NCBI GenBank assembly: GCA_963762255.1
Contig: CAVXKA010000002.1
Location: forward strand, 960,001 to 1,024,000
Direction: 5' to 3'
Origin: Candidatus Eiseniibacteriota bacterium
Lineage (GTDB): Bacteria; Eisenbacteria; RBG-16-71-46; JABDJR01
Length of the DNA stretch: 64,000 bases
Below, one piece after another: positions 22,274 to 31,686 of the stretch (its first letter is position 1; each line of letters opens with the position of its first letter). The translations under genes and the position numbers were made by a program. Under the pieces are notes generated by a model. It saw only the letters and a program-made list of their open reading frames with translations. It was not told the origin of the DNA and searched no databases.

Positions 22274-24274
22274 TCAGCGCAGCTTCGTCATGCGCCGCGT
22301 CGCCGTGTACTCCGGAGTCGTCAACCGATAGAAGTAAATCCCGGGCGAGGTCTCGCGCCCGTCGCCGGCGAGACCGTCCCAACCGACGTCGTGGGCTCCG
22401 GACCCCATCTCCCGGTCGAGCACGGTGCTGACGAGGCGTCCCCTCACGTCGAAAACCTCGATCCGCACGCTGCTCTCCTTCAGCAAATCGAACTGGATGC
22501 GGGTACCCGAGGAGAACGGGTTCGGGAAATTGGCCCGCAGAAGGGTCGCGGTGACGGGAAGGCCGTCATTCACGCCGGTCTGATCGGCCGCCTGCACCGT
22601 CGCCTTGATATACACGGTGAGGCTCGCCAGGTTGGTCGCCCCCGGGAGGCCCTGCTGATCCCGTGTGGTGAAGGTGAGGGTCGCGGTGTAGGTCGTATCC
22701 TGGCCGGTGGCGGCGCCGGTGTCGTTGAAAGCCACGGTGAACGCCGCCGGAGTCGCGTTGACGTCCACCGCGCTGAAAGCGGGCACCAGCGTGAAGCGCC
22801 CACTCCCCCCGACGATCGTCGCCCCGTAGACGTTGAGAAGTGCCTGCAAGGCGTCGTACCCGACGTTGCTCACCGACGCCGTCCCGTCCGTGAATTCCCC
22901 TTCCTTGTGGGTACCGAAGTCGAGCGTATCCGACAAGGTCTGCACCCCACCAGCCAGGGACGGAACTGCGTGGCGCAGAACCGTGCCGGAAAGGCCCACG
23001 TTCTTGGAGGGATTGTCGGGGTCGTCGCTGAGGATGACGAGATTGCCGCCTTTCACCCCCGCGGTCGCGGTTAGCATCGTGATCGTGTGGGAGTTGCTCC
23101 CGCCGCCGGCGGCCTCCGCGAAGGGACCGCCCGGCGAAGTGAAGCCGATCGGCGCGGTCAGCGTATAGGTGAGTTCGTCCGCGGGAACGACCGCGGTGTT
23201 GGTCACCGTGAGCGACTGCTGAGCGGTGGCCCCCACGATCACGGTGCCGAAGCTCAGAGAGGCATCGGCGCTCACGATCGCGGGAACCTGGAAGTTCATC
23301 ACGACCGGAAGGTGGTCGGACGCCCGCTGCAGGGCGTCGGCAATCACCTGCCCCACCGCTGCATTCGTGGGCGCGGCGTTGACGTCGGTGTTGAAGTGCA
23401 ACCCGTCCTGGCCGTAAGCGGTGTAGGTCGAGGCGAGCTGGTCGAGCCCTTCCCCATCGTTCAGTGAGTACGTTGGAAGCACGAAGTCGAACCGGTCATC
23501 CATCCCGCCGGTCGCCCCACCGTCGCCGGGAATCAGCAGCCCAGAGCGAGTGCTCTGCGTGTGAATAGAGGCAAACGTCGCGTTGTTGTTCCAACTCCCA
23601 GGGCTGTTGATCGGGTCCTGCACCCGCCCGATGTTGACAGCCTGACTTTCGAGAAGCTCCACGTACGCGGGCTCCGTCGAGGTGTATACGTTGAAATCCC
23701 CGCAGATGACCATATTGGTTCCGGCGGGATACGTGTTCATGAAGGCACGCAGCCGCGTGGCCTCCGCCAGCCGGTCGGTCTCGTAACCCTCACTGGCCTT
23801 GAGATGGACGACGAACACCACGAACTCGGCGCTTGACGCGGTGTAGGGCTTCGGTCGCAACCGGTAGTAGGGGATGTCGCGGGGGTCGTTCCCCAGGGTG
23901 TCCGAACTCACGTAGGTGACGGTGGCGGACCTGTAGAACAGACTCTGGTTCTGGCTCGAGCCGGCCTGATCGTAGAACGGCGCCGCTGACCACTGCCCGG
24001 GTTCGATGTTGTTGAGCACGTTGTTGAGGAAGTTGTTTATCGAAGTCTGGTCCTGGATCTCGCAGACGGCCAGAACGTCGGCGTTCGCGATCCCCGCGAT
24101 CACGGTCCGGAAGGACGGATCGCGCGTGGAGGCTAAGTTGTCGTAGTTGAGCGTGTTGTAGCTCACGAACCGCAATGCGTGTGCAGGCCGGGGGGTGCCG
24201 AACATACCGAAGAGAGCGACCAGGGCAAGGAGCAGGGGGAGGACCGGACGATCCGGACGGGAAGCTCGCTGCAT
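22274..24274 (-). CDS. Secreted endonuclease/exonuclease/phosphatase (DNase I-like) with Ig-like domains and FlgD-like C-terminal domain
   Basis: Signal peptide ending AHA; SYN, E in CEIQ, HLKA, GDFN, DRFD, SDHLPV; C-terminal PNPF...WDG...GIYFYRL. Confidence 0.88.
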   Translation of the reverse strand: MQRASRPDRPVLPLLLALVALFGMFGTPRPAHALRFVSYNTLNYDNLASTRDPSFRTVIAGIANADVLAVCEIQDQTSINNFLNNVLNNIEPGQWSAAPFYDQAGSSQNQSLFYRSATVTYVSSDTLGNDPRDIPYYRLRPKPYTASSAEFVVFVVHLKASEGYETDRLAEATRLRAFMNTYPAGTNMVICGDFNVYTSTEPAYVELLESQAVNIGRVQDPINSPGSWNNNATFASIHTQSTRSGLLIPGDGGATGGMDDRFDFVLPTYSLNDGEGLDQLASTYTAYGQDGLHFNTDVNAAPTNAAVGQVIADALQRASDHLPVVMNFQVPAIVSADASLSFGTVIVGATAQQSLTVTNTAVVPADELTYTLTAPIGFTSPGGPFAEAAGGGSNSHTITMLTATAGVKGGNLVILSDDPDNPSKNVGLSGTVLRHAVPSLAGGVQTLSDTLDFGTHKEGEFTDGTASVSNVGYDALQALLNVYGATIVGGSGRFTLVPAFSAVDVNATPAAFTVAFNDTGAATGQDTTYTATLTFTTRDQQGLPGATNLASLTVYIKATVQAADQTGVNDGLPVTATLLRANFPNPFSSGTRIQFDLLKESSVRIEVFDVRGRLVSTVLDREMGSGAHDVGWDGLAGDGRETSPGIYFYRLTTPEYTATRRMTKLR

Positions 24275-24400
24275 GTCGTTTCCTTCCACCCCCCGTCCGA
24301 CCGGGACAACGACGGCCGAGGGGAGGGATGCGGGTCCCCAGGGTGAACCCAAGTGAGCCAAGCGGTTAGCGGATTAATTCTACACGATTTTCCAAGGTCA

Positions 24401-24432
24401 AAACCAGGGCTCCGGGCCAAGACCCGGAGCCC
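24401..24432 (-). terminator. Intrinsic terminator
   Basis: 10-bp stem gggctccggg/cccggagccc (24407-24416/24423-24432), then TGGTTTT on the minus strand, just past the stop of 24440..25981. Confidence 0.6.
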
Positions 24433-24439
24433 CGGTGCC

Positions 24440-25981
24440 TTACGGTAGTTTGACGAGCCGGAGCCCGCGGCGGTTACCGATTATTTTCGCCAGGTAGACG
24501 CCCGGTGGTGCAGGCTCCCCCCTGTCCGTCCGCCCGTCCCAGAAGTGAGTCTGGCCGGCGGACCCGATCCCCAAGTGCCGAACCCTCCGCCCGCACACGT
24601 CGGTGATCACAAGCTGGTTCGATCCGGCGGGATCGCCCCCATCCAGGCGTACCCCGTGCCGGAACGGGTTGGGGGAAGCCCGAATCCCTATGGGCGACCC
24701 GCGCCGAGACGGCCCCACCCCCGTGACATCGGCCACCAGCGCCAAGGGGACGGGTACCGGGACCAGGGTTGTGTCGGCGACGGGGAACACCCCCGAATAG
24801 AGATCGTCGTCGTCCAGCGGCAACGGCAACCGCCACGCCGCGACCGCCTCGGTTCCCCGCACGGCAAGGACGGCATCCGCCACGTGGTCGGCGGGGTCTG
24901 TCAGCGCCAGCCCGCCCGCCGGATGCACGCCGCCCGACGCATCCACCCACGCCCGGCGCAGGCCTCTTCCCGCAACATCGTGATCGAACCAGATGAGACA
25001 GGCTGCCTCTCCCATCGCCGCCAAACGCGGGCCGTACTCGAACCCCGGCGACGCGGCGATGGAGAACGGGCCGGACCCGAGCGGCATGCCACGGGAATCC
25101 GCGAAACGCCCCACCAGATCGCTTCCCCCACTCCCCGGCTCGCGCCACACCACCAGCCACCGTGACCCCATCGCGACGACATCGGCCTCGGTGGCGGAAT
25201 CGAGATCGCGTGAGATGGCCCGCGTGGAATCCGCCGGGATACCGTCCTCCCCGATCGCGCGGACGAGGACGCGGTGCACCAGCGCCTCGGTCGACTCGGT
25301 CCACACGACCAGGAAGCCGCCCGGGGCGGCTGCGACCCGCACATGAGAGCGGAATCCCGCGCCCGTTGCGAACGGCACCCCTTCGGGATCGCGGAGTCCT
25401 TCGGTGCGCTCCCAGATGGCGCAGTAGAGGTCGCCCGGCTTGATCCGCTCATCCTCCCACACGATCACCGCCACGTTCTCCAACACGGCGAGTGCGGGGC
25501 GGCGGACGGGGCCCGGTCCCGAGGTGATGCGGGTCACATCCCGAGAACCGGGCACACCCGGGCCATCCACACGCGCGGCAGCGAGACGGGTCCCCGTCGT
25601 TGTCCAGCTCTCCCATGCCGCGAGCGCCCATCCGGAGCCCGAGGCAAGCGCGGCGTGGAGTTCCGACGCGACGTCCGTCGTGAGCGGAGCGGCGAGACTA
25701 TCCGGAGGGTCACCGGTGAAGTGGGTCCAATAGAGGCGATCGAGCGCTCCCTCGCGGCCGTCCGACCATGCCGCGAAGAGGGTACTCCCGAGTGAGGCGA
25801 GCGCCGGATAGGACTGGAGCCCACCAGGCGGGGTGCCGGACACCGGAATCAACGGAACGCTCGCTCGCGCCGGTAGCGTGACCGGCGGTCCGGACACGAT
25901 CGCGGCGGCCAGAAGAAGCGCGCGGAACACCCCCGGCACGCGCGCGCACCGGAAGGGTTTCGAGGCGAGAGAGAATGACAT
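24440..25981 (-). CDS. Secreted repeat (beta-propeller-like) protein with FlgD-like C-terminal domain
   Basis: Repeats of 'P.LA......L(V/A)(V/A)W.(D/E)'; C-terminal PNPF...WDGRTDRG...GVYL. Confidence 0.7.
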   Translation of the reverse strand: MSFSLASKPFRCARVPGVFRALLLAAAIVSGPPVTLPARASVPLIPVSGTPPGGLQSYPALASLGSTLFAAWSDGREGALDRLYWTHFTGDPPDSLAAPLTTDVASELHAALASGSGWALAAWESWTTTGTRLAAARVDGPGVPGSRDVTRITSGPGPVRRPALAVLENVAVIVWEDERIKPGDLYCAIWERTEGLRDPEGVPFATGAGFRSHVRVAAAPGGFLVVWTESTEALVHRVLVRAIGEDGIPADSTRAISRDLDSATEADVVAMGSRWLVVWREPGSGGSDLVGRFADSRGMPLGSGPFSIAASPGFEYGPRLAAMGEAACLIWFDHDVAGRGLRRAWVDASGGVHPAGGLALTDPADHVADAVLAVRGTEAVAAWRLPLPLDDDDLYSGVFPVADTTLVPVPVPLALVADVTGVGPSRRGSPIGIRASPNPFRHGVRLDGGDPAGSNQLVITDVCGRRVRHLGIGSAGQTHFWDGRTDRGEPAPPGVYLAKIIGNRRGLRLVKLP

Positions 25982-26102
25982 GACTGAACTCCCAGGACGG
26001 GGAGTTCCCTAAGGAAAGCGGGCACGGGCGGGGCGGATCGAACGGGACGGATCAGACGAGACCGATCGAACGGGGAACGTAGAGGGAACGGGGCAGGCCC
26101 TA

Positions 26103-27449
26103 CTAGGCCCGCCCCCCACCTGTCTGTGCTCGACGCGCCTCGCCGGCCTCACCCGCCGAGTCCGACTCCGGTCGGATCGGAGGATCGTTGGCGAGGTACC
26201 GGAATCGCTCCTCGAACTGCCGCGGCGTCATCTTGCCGATGGTGGCCAGTCGCGCCACCGCTTTGGGGTCGGCGAAATCCGACGCTTCGAGTCGAATCAT
26301 GTAATGGCGCGCGACCTTGTACGAGTCGCTGTCGATGTCCACTTCGCGGATGCGCGCCTTACCGGTCTTCTCATCGAGAATCTCGGTGAACGGGATCGGG
26401 ATGAGTTGGCCGCGATCGATGGTGACGATCGAGCCGGTGCCGCCCGAAAGCAGGTATTGCACGGCGGCATAGCCCAGATCCTGGGTGTATTCGAGGTCGA
26501 AGGGAATCGGGTCGGCGCAGCGCAGCTCGTATCCGATGTCCTTGTCCACGATGGTGGCCGGAATGCCGCGCTCCTTGAGCCGGCGGCGCACCTCGTTCTT
26601 GAGCATGCGCCCCAGTTCGATCTCCGCGTAGCGGATGTTGCCGTGGGAATCGCGCTCGAGCTCGGTGTGGCGCGAGAGCTCCTCGGGATCGATGCGCTCG
26701 GAGAGGCCCTCGGCGAGGAGCACGACTCCGTAAGGACGCCCCATGGCCATCCGCTTGATGATCGAGCCTTCGAGGATGTCGCAGATCGTCTCCACGGAGA
26801 TCTTCTGATTGCGGAACTCCTCGCCGATGATGGTCAGCGTGGCGCCGGCGGCCTTGCCGATGCCCAGGGCGAGGTGACCTGCTTTGCGGCCCATCGACAC
26901 CAGGAAGTACCAGCGCGTCGTGGTCTGGGCGTCGACGATGATCGACTGCGTGATCCCCACACCGTAGTGGCGCGCGGTCTCGTAGCCGAAGGTAGGCATG
27001 TGGCCCGGCAGGGGCAGGTCGTTGTCGATCGTCTTCGGAACGTGAGCGACCTCGAGCTGAGGGCCGGCAAGACGATCGATCTTCATGGCGCTGGTGGCCG
27101 TGTCGTCGCCGCCGATGGTCACGAGGTAATCGACCGCGAGTTCGGAGAGGGCGCGCACGGCGGACTCGAGCTTCTCCGGACTGCTTGCCGGGTTGGCCCG
27201 GGAGGTCCGTAGCACAGAGCCCCCGTCGTAGTGGATGCGCGAGACGTCGTCGATGCGCAGCTCCACGTGACGGCTGGAATCCCCCTCCGAAAGCCACTGG
27301 AAGCCGTCGTAGAGACCCAGCACCCGGAGCCCCGAATTGATGGCCTGGATGGTCACCGACCGGATCACCCCGTTGATCCCCGGCGCGGGGCCTCCGCCCA
27401 CGAGCATCGCCAGCGTCTTGCCGCGATTGTCCCTGAAGTCCTGGATCAA
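26103..27449 (-). CDS. pfp: Pyrophosphate-dependent phosphofructokinase
   Basis: GGGPAPGIN; GGDD plus PKTIDND (PPi-type signature residues); MGR; GYELRC; GAGGAG RBS before TTG. Confidence 0.9.
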   Translation of the reverse strand: MIQDFRDNRGKTLAMLVGGGPAPGINGVIRSVTIQAINSGLRVLGLYDGFQWLSEGDSSRHVELRIDDVSRIHYDGGSVLRTSRANPASSPEKLESAVRALSELAVDYLVTIGGDDTATSAMKIDRLAGPQLEVAHVPKTIDNDLPLPGHMPTFGYETARHYGVGITQSIIVDAQTTTRWYFLVSMGRKAGHLALGIGKAAGATLTIIGEEFRNQKISVETICDILEGSIIKRMAMGRPYGVVLLAEGLSERIDPEELSRHTELERDSHGNIRYAEIELGRMLKNEVRRRLKERGIPATIVDKDIGYELRCADPIPFDLEYTQDLGYAAVQYLLSGGTGSIVTIDRGQLIPIPFTEILDEKTGKARIREVDIDSDSYKVARHYMIRLEASDFADPKAVARLATIGKMTPRQFEERFRYLANDPPIRPESDSAGEAGEARRAQTGGGRA

Positions 27450-27615
27450 GCGTCCTTCTCCTCACGCGCCGAGGGGGTCGAAAAAATCGTCAGCGCACTA
27501 TACTCCAACACAAGGGACGCTGGAAGCGGTTACACCAGGGGGATTCCCAAGCGACGCCGCGGCGTGTACCTTAGCCTGTGAAAGCAGACCGAGAGACTGC
27601 GGCGAAGCCGGGACG

Positions 27616-28713
27616 ATGGGTTCTCAAGCTCCGTCCCACGCGCGCGGTCGAGGAGGTGCCTTGCCCGCAACACAGGTCCCGTTTCCCCAGGTTCTCGCCC
27701 GCATAGCCCGGCAGACGGGTCTTGCCGGCGAGGAGTTCCTGGGGAAGAAATCCCCCGCCCCGTTGGTCACGGCGGTGGTGGGCCTGCGTGGTGATCGGCT
27801 GGAGCCGGCCCACCTCGCGCTGGCCGCCCGGCTCCCCGAGTACCGGCCCGAGATCCTGACGAAAGCCCTCCAGGAGAAGCACACGCTGGTGAGAACATGG
27901 GGGGCGCATGGCGCCTTCCAGGTCGTTGCCACGGCCGATCTGCCCCAGCAACTCGCCGCCGCAGGGATCTCCGCGCCTCGCTGGCAGCGGTTTCTCGAAG
28001 CGCGCTCGAGCTTGGCGGCCCCCGCGCGCCTTCGCCTCCTGAAACGACTCTGTCCGACAGAGATCTCCAAGGACGGCCTCAAGGACTCCATCCCTGACCC
28101 GAGCACTCGGCTCTTCATGCTCCGCGAGGCCGCCCAGGCCGGACACATTGTCTGGAAGGGCGGCGATGGGCAGCAAGCGGTCTTCGCGTGGGCCGAGGAG
28201 TGGTTGGGGCGCCAGGTGCACCCGGATCGGGACTATCGCGTGCTGGTCGGACGGTACTTGACCGCCTTCGGTCCGGTGGAGGCGACCGACCTCGCCGGTT
28301 GGCTTGGCGTGACCATCGCCGCCGCTCGGAAACTCATGGCCAAGCACAGGGTGGTCGAGATCCAAGTGGAGGGCGAGCCCCTGAACTCGTTCATGAAGCC
28401 CGAGGATCTCGAGAAGCTCCTCGAAGTGCGCAAGGCGCAAACGCGCGGGACCGTGGTCATCCCACCCGGGGATCCCGTTCTGCACGCCTACCGAGGCCGG
28501 TTCCATCCGCGGAACAAGGAGGGGGCTGACGACGGGCTCGTCTACACGGACGGGCGGCTCGCGGCGGTGTGGAATCTGGGTCGAGGACAGGTCTCGGTGC
28601 AGTTGATGGAAAGCGCCAGCGCCACCCGGGTCCACAAGCTCTTGAGCGCTCTGCTCGAGCGAGCGGGCATTCAGGCTGAGATCGATCTGACCGAACCTCC
28701 TGCCCAGGCGTAG
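27616..28713 (+). CDS. AlkZ/YcaQ-like winged-helix (HTH_42) protein with a divergent catalytic motif
   Basis: LALAARL, LVRTW and YLTAFGP..DLAGWLG are typical of the family. The expected QxQ/QxD motif reads RGD. Confidence 0.7.
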   Translation: MGSQAPSHARGRGGALPATQVPFPQVLARIARQTGLAGEEFLGKKSPAPLVTAVVGLRGDRLEPAHLALAARLPEYRPEILTKALQEKHTLVRTWGAHGAFQVVATADLPQQLAAAGISAPRWQRFLEARSSLAAPARLRLLKRLCPTEISKDGLKDSIPDPSTRLFMLREAAQAGHIVWKGGDGQQAVFAWAEEWLGRQVHPDRDYRVLVGRYLTAFGPVEATDLAGWLGVTIAAARKLMAKHRVVEIQVEGEPLNSFMKPEDLEKLLEVRKAQTRGTVVIPPGDPVLHAYRGRFHPRNKEGADDGLVYTDGRLAAVWNLGRGQVSVQLMESASATRVHKLLSALLERAGIQAEIDLTEPPAQA

Positions 28714-28730
28714 CCGCAGCGCCGCATTCC

Positions 28731-29621
28731 ATGCCGTTCCTCGGCGAGATCGCCGCCCTCACCACCGCGACCTTCTGGGCGATCTCTTCCCTGCTGTTTA
28801 ACGCGGCGGCGAGACGCGTCGGTCCGTTCACCCTCAACCAGGCTCGCATCACGCTGGCTCTGGTCGCGCTCACCGCCATCCTGCTCGCCACGCGCGGCGT
28901 GTGCTGGGCACCGGACGCGCGGTGGAACAACGTGCTCCTTCTCGCCATGTCCGGCCTGATCGGGCTCACGCTGGGAGACTGGGCTTACTTCGGGGCACTC
29001 GTGTACCTCGGTCCGCGTCTCTCCACGCTGCTCATGACGCTCGCACCTCCCACGACCGCGCTCCTGGCGGTGCCGGTCCTGGGCGAGACGCTGAAGCCGT
29101 CAGCCTGGGCAGGAATGGCGCTCATCCTGGCCGGCGTGGCATGGGTCGTTCTGGAGCGCCCGGCGGAGCCGATCCCCCGGGGTCGCCGGATACGCGGGGT
29201 CGTGCTCGGAGCGATCGGGTCGATCGGTCAGGCGCTGGGCCTCATTCTCTCCAAGCTCGGCATGGAGACGGTGGTCGATCCCCTCCCCGCAACCGCGATT
29301 CGTATGGCGGCTGCGACGGCCGGCGTGTGGATCCTGGCCCTCGCCTACCGGCGGGCTGGAGAGGTCAGAAGACTCGTCCGGGATCCGGTCGCGCGGTGGG
29401 CGACCGTCGGCGCGTCCTTTCTCGGACCCGTGTTCGGCGTGTGGCTCTCGCTGGTCGCGGTACGACTCACCAAGACCGGGATCGCCGCCACGCTCATGGC
29501 CACGACTCCGATTCTCGTGCTGCCCCTCGTGGTGATCGTCCGCAAGGAGCGGGTCACGACCCGAGCGGCGGTGGGCGCGCTGCTCGCGGTGGCAGGCGTC
29601 GCGCTCATCTTCCTGCGCTGA
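28731..29621 (+). CDS. DMT/EamA family transporter
   Basis: Ten TM helices in two EamA repeats; [21 protein letters not shown]. Confidence 0.9.
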   Translation: MPFLGEIAALTTATFWAISSLLFNAAARRVGPFTLNQARITLALVALTAILLATRGVCWAPDARWNNVLLLAMSGLIGLTLGDWAYFGALVYLGPRLSTLLMTLAPPTTALLAVPVLGETLKPSAWAGMALILAGVAWVVLERPAEPIPRGRRIRGVVLGAIGSIGQALGLILSKLGMETVVDPLPATAIRMAAATAGVWILALAYRRAGEVRRLVRDPVARWATVGASFLGPVFGVWLSLVAVRLTKTGIAATLMATTPILVLPLVVIVRKERVTTRAAVGALLAVAGVALIFLR

Positions 29622-31207
29622 TCGCCCGATATCGAGCCTCCCAGGGTCGCGCGGCGCCCGATCGCGCCACGCCGTGGTCGGGGTTGGCCGCGGCGTGCTC
29701 GAGCACCTTGAAGAGGGTCTCGGTCTCCTCCTCGACTCCCAGATGGGCGGCCAGTTCCTCTGCGCACCACTCCTTTGCCGGCTCCGCGCGCAATGCCATC
29801 AGAGCGCGGCGCTGGATCTCCAGCACGCGACCCGCTGCCCGCTTCCCCGCCTCTACACCCGGCTGGTTGTACGCGTTGATGCCGACGAGCCCGGCGTAGA
29901 TTCCCACCGCGCGTTCGTAGAGTGCGATCAGCATGCCGAGCGTGCGCGCGGACACCTCCGGGATCGTGATCGTGAGCGAGCGGCGGTCGGCCTCGGTAAG
30001 CGCGTCGCGGGTGCCGAGGAGAAAGCCGAGAAGGTAGTCCCCCGAGGTCGTGTCTTCCTCCACGGCGAGCGAGGCACCTCCCCGGTCCTTCTGGACCTCG
30101 ATGAAGGTGAGGAAGAAATTGTCGGGACCCTCGCGCAATTGCTGCACAAAGGCGTGCTGATCGGTGGAGCCTTTGTTGCCGTAGACCACGATCCCTTGAT
30201 GGACGCCGCGTCCTTCGAGATCCGTCTTCTTGCCGAGCGACTCCATGACCAACTGCTGCAGGTATCGGCTCAGGAGGAGAAGCCGGTCCTTGTAGGGGAG
30301 CACGACCATGTCCCGGTCGCCGCGTCCGTTTCCGGCGACGAACCAGGCGAGGGCGAGCCGCGCGGCGGGATTCGCGTCCGGATCCGCGATGCGGGTCCGC
30401 ACGTCCATGGCGCGGGCCCCATCGAGCAGCCCCGCGACATCGATGCCCTGCAACGCCGCGGGAAGGAGCCCCACCGCGGACGTCAGCGACGTGCGCCCAC
30501 CGACCCAGTCCCACATCGGAAACCCGTCCAGGAATCCGGAGGCCCTGGCATAGCGATTGAGTTCGCTCCCCTCCCCCGCCACCACCACCGCATGCGGACC
30601 CAGAGTGAGTCCGCAGCGCCGGTACGCTGCCTCCGTCTCGAGCAGGCCGTTTCGCGTCTCCTTCGTGCCGCCCGACTTGGAGATCACCACGGTAAGCGTG
30701 CGGGAGAGCGCGCCGCCGATCTCGCCCCAGCACCAGGTCGAAGCCGTCGGGATCCGTGTTGTCAAGGAAGTGTGGCCTCATCGCGTCGTCGGCCGATCCC
30801 AGAGCGTGGGCCAGGAGCTGCGGCCCGAGCGCGGAACCGCCGATGCCGATGACGAGGAAGTGTTCGAAGCGGCCGCCTTCGGGCGGGTGAACGCGCCCGG
30901 CGTGCACGGCGTCAGCGAACAACCGGATTCGCCGGGTGGTGTCCTCGATGGCGGTCCGAAGTTCCGGCTCGGGGGCGAGTTCGGGCGCGCGCAACCAGTA
31001 ATGTCCCACCCTCCGATTCTCGTCCGGGTTGGCGACGCCCCCGGCCTCGAGATGGGACATGGCCCCGAGAGCCTCGTCCATCCGACCGCGCACCGCGGCC
31101 GCGTCGGCGGAGCCGAGCCCCATCCGGCTGAAGTCGATCTGCAAGCCCAGGTCAAGGTCGTACCACAACTCCCTGCGATAGCGATTCCAAGCGTCGCGCG
31201 GCGACAT
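29605..31207 (-). pseudogene. pgi: Glucose-6-phosphate isomerase with one +1 frameshift in a G-run (probably a sequencing error)
   Basis: NPDENRRVGHYWLR, GIGGSALGP and DNTDP in the 5' frame; [28 protein letters not shown] and QPGVEAGK in the second frame. Break at 30725-30728. GGAGG RBS. Confidence 0.92.
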
Positions 31208-31520
31208 GACGGTGGCTCCTCCCTTGGCAAGAGATCCGGGCCGGCTGATTGGCCAATGGTGGCAACCGCGGCCGGCCCGCGCAAGCCCCAGCTCCATGAC
31301 CCTACTCGAGTCCGGCCCCTGGAGCGAGCGGCCGGCCGCCGGACTGGATACCGGGTTCTCACCCATGGGATACAGATCGTTGATGGGTACCCGCGTCCCT
31401 TGTTTCGAATGACCCCGACTTCCACCCGGACCCGCGGTGGTACCCAGGGTACCGCCGGACTCATCATCGAAGTTGTCAAAGTCCTGGCGGTGCTTGACAT
31501 ATATTTAACCAACAAAATAG

Positions 31521-31549
31521 TTGCAGTATCTATATTTAGCTTGTATATT
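31521..31549 (+). promoter_or_regulatory. Probable sigma70 promoter of the large secreted protein gene
   Basis: TTGCAG-17 nt-TATATT inside a sharply AT-rich island (31495-31555); an extra TTGACA lies at 31494. Confidence 0.5.
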
Positions 31550-31686
31550 TATCTGTGAGACGAGCGCAACGAGTTCGGTTCCCCTCCCCTCAGCGCGTTC
31601 GATGCCTCGTTCTCGATCCCTCTCAGGAACGCGCGGCTTCCCCTCGGTCATCGCGTCAGAAAACGGGCAACTCCGGAGGTGTATCC

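Noticed and set aside
26030-26095. Short GAACGGG repeats as a possible CRISPR or tandem array
   Set aside because: Units are too short and irregular, there are no unique spacers of constant length, and no cas genes are present.
12289-30728. Programmed ribosomal frameshifting in pgi, the desaturase or the M14 peptidase
   Set aside because: No slippery heptamers or consistent stimulatory structures were seen, and these families are not known to be recoded.
31474-31499. TGTCAA-N14-TTGACA inverted repeat as an operator or divergent -35 pair
   Set aside because: Only 6-bp arms, and no convincing -10 at proper spacing on the minus strand.
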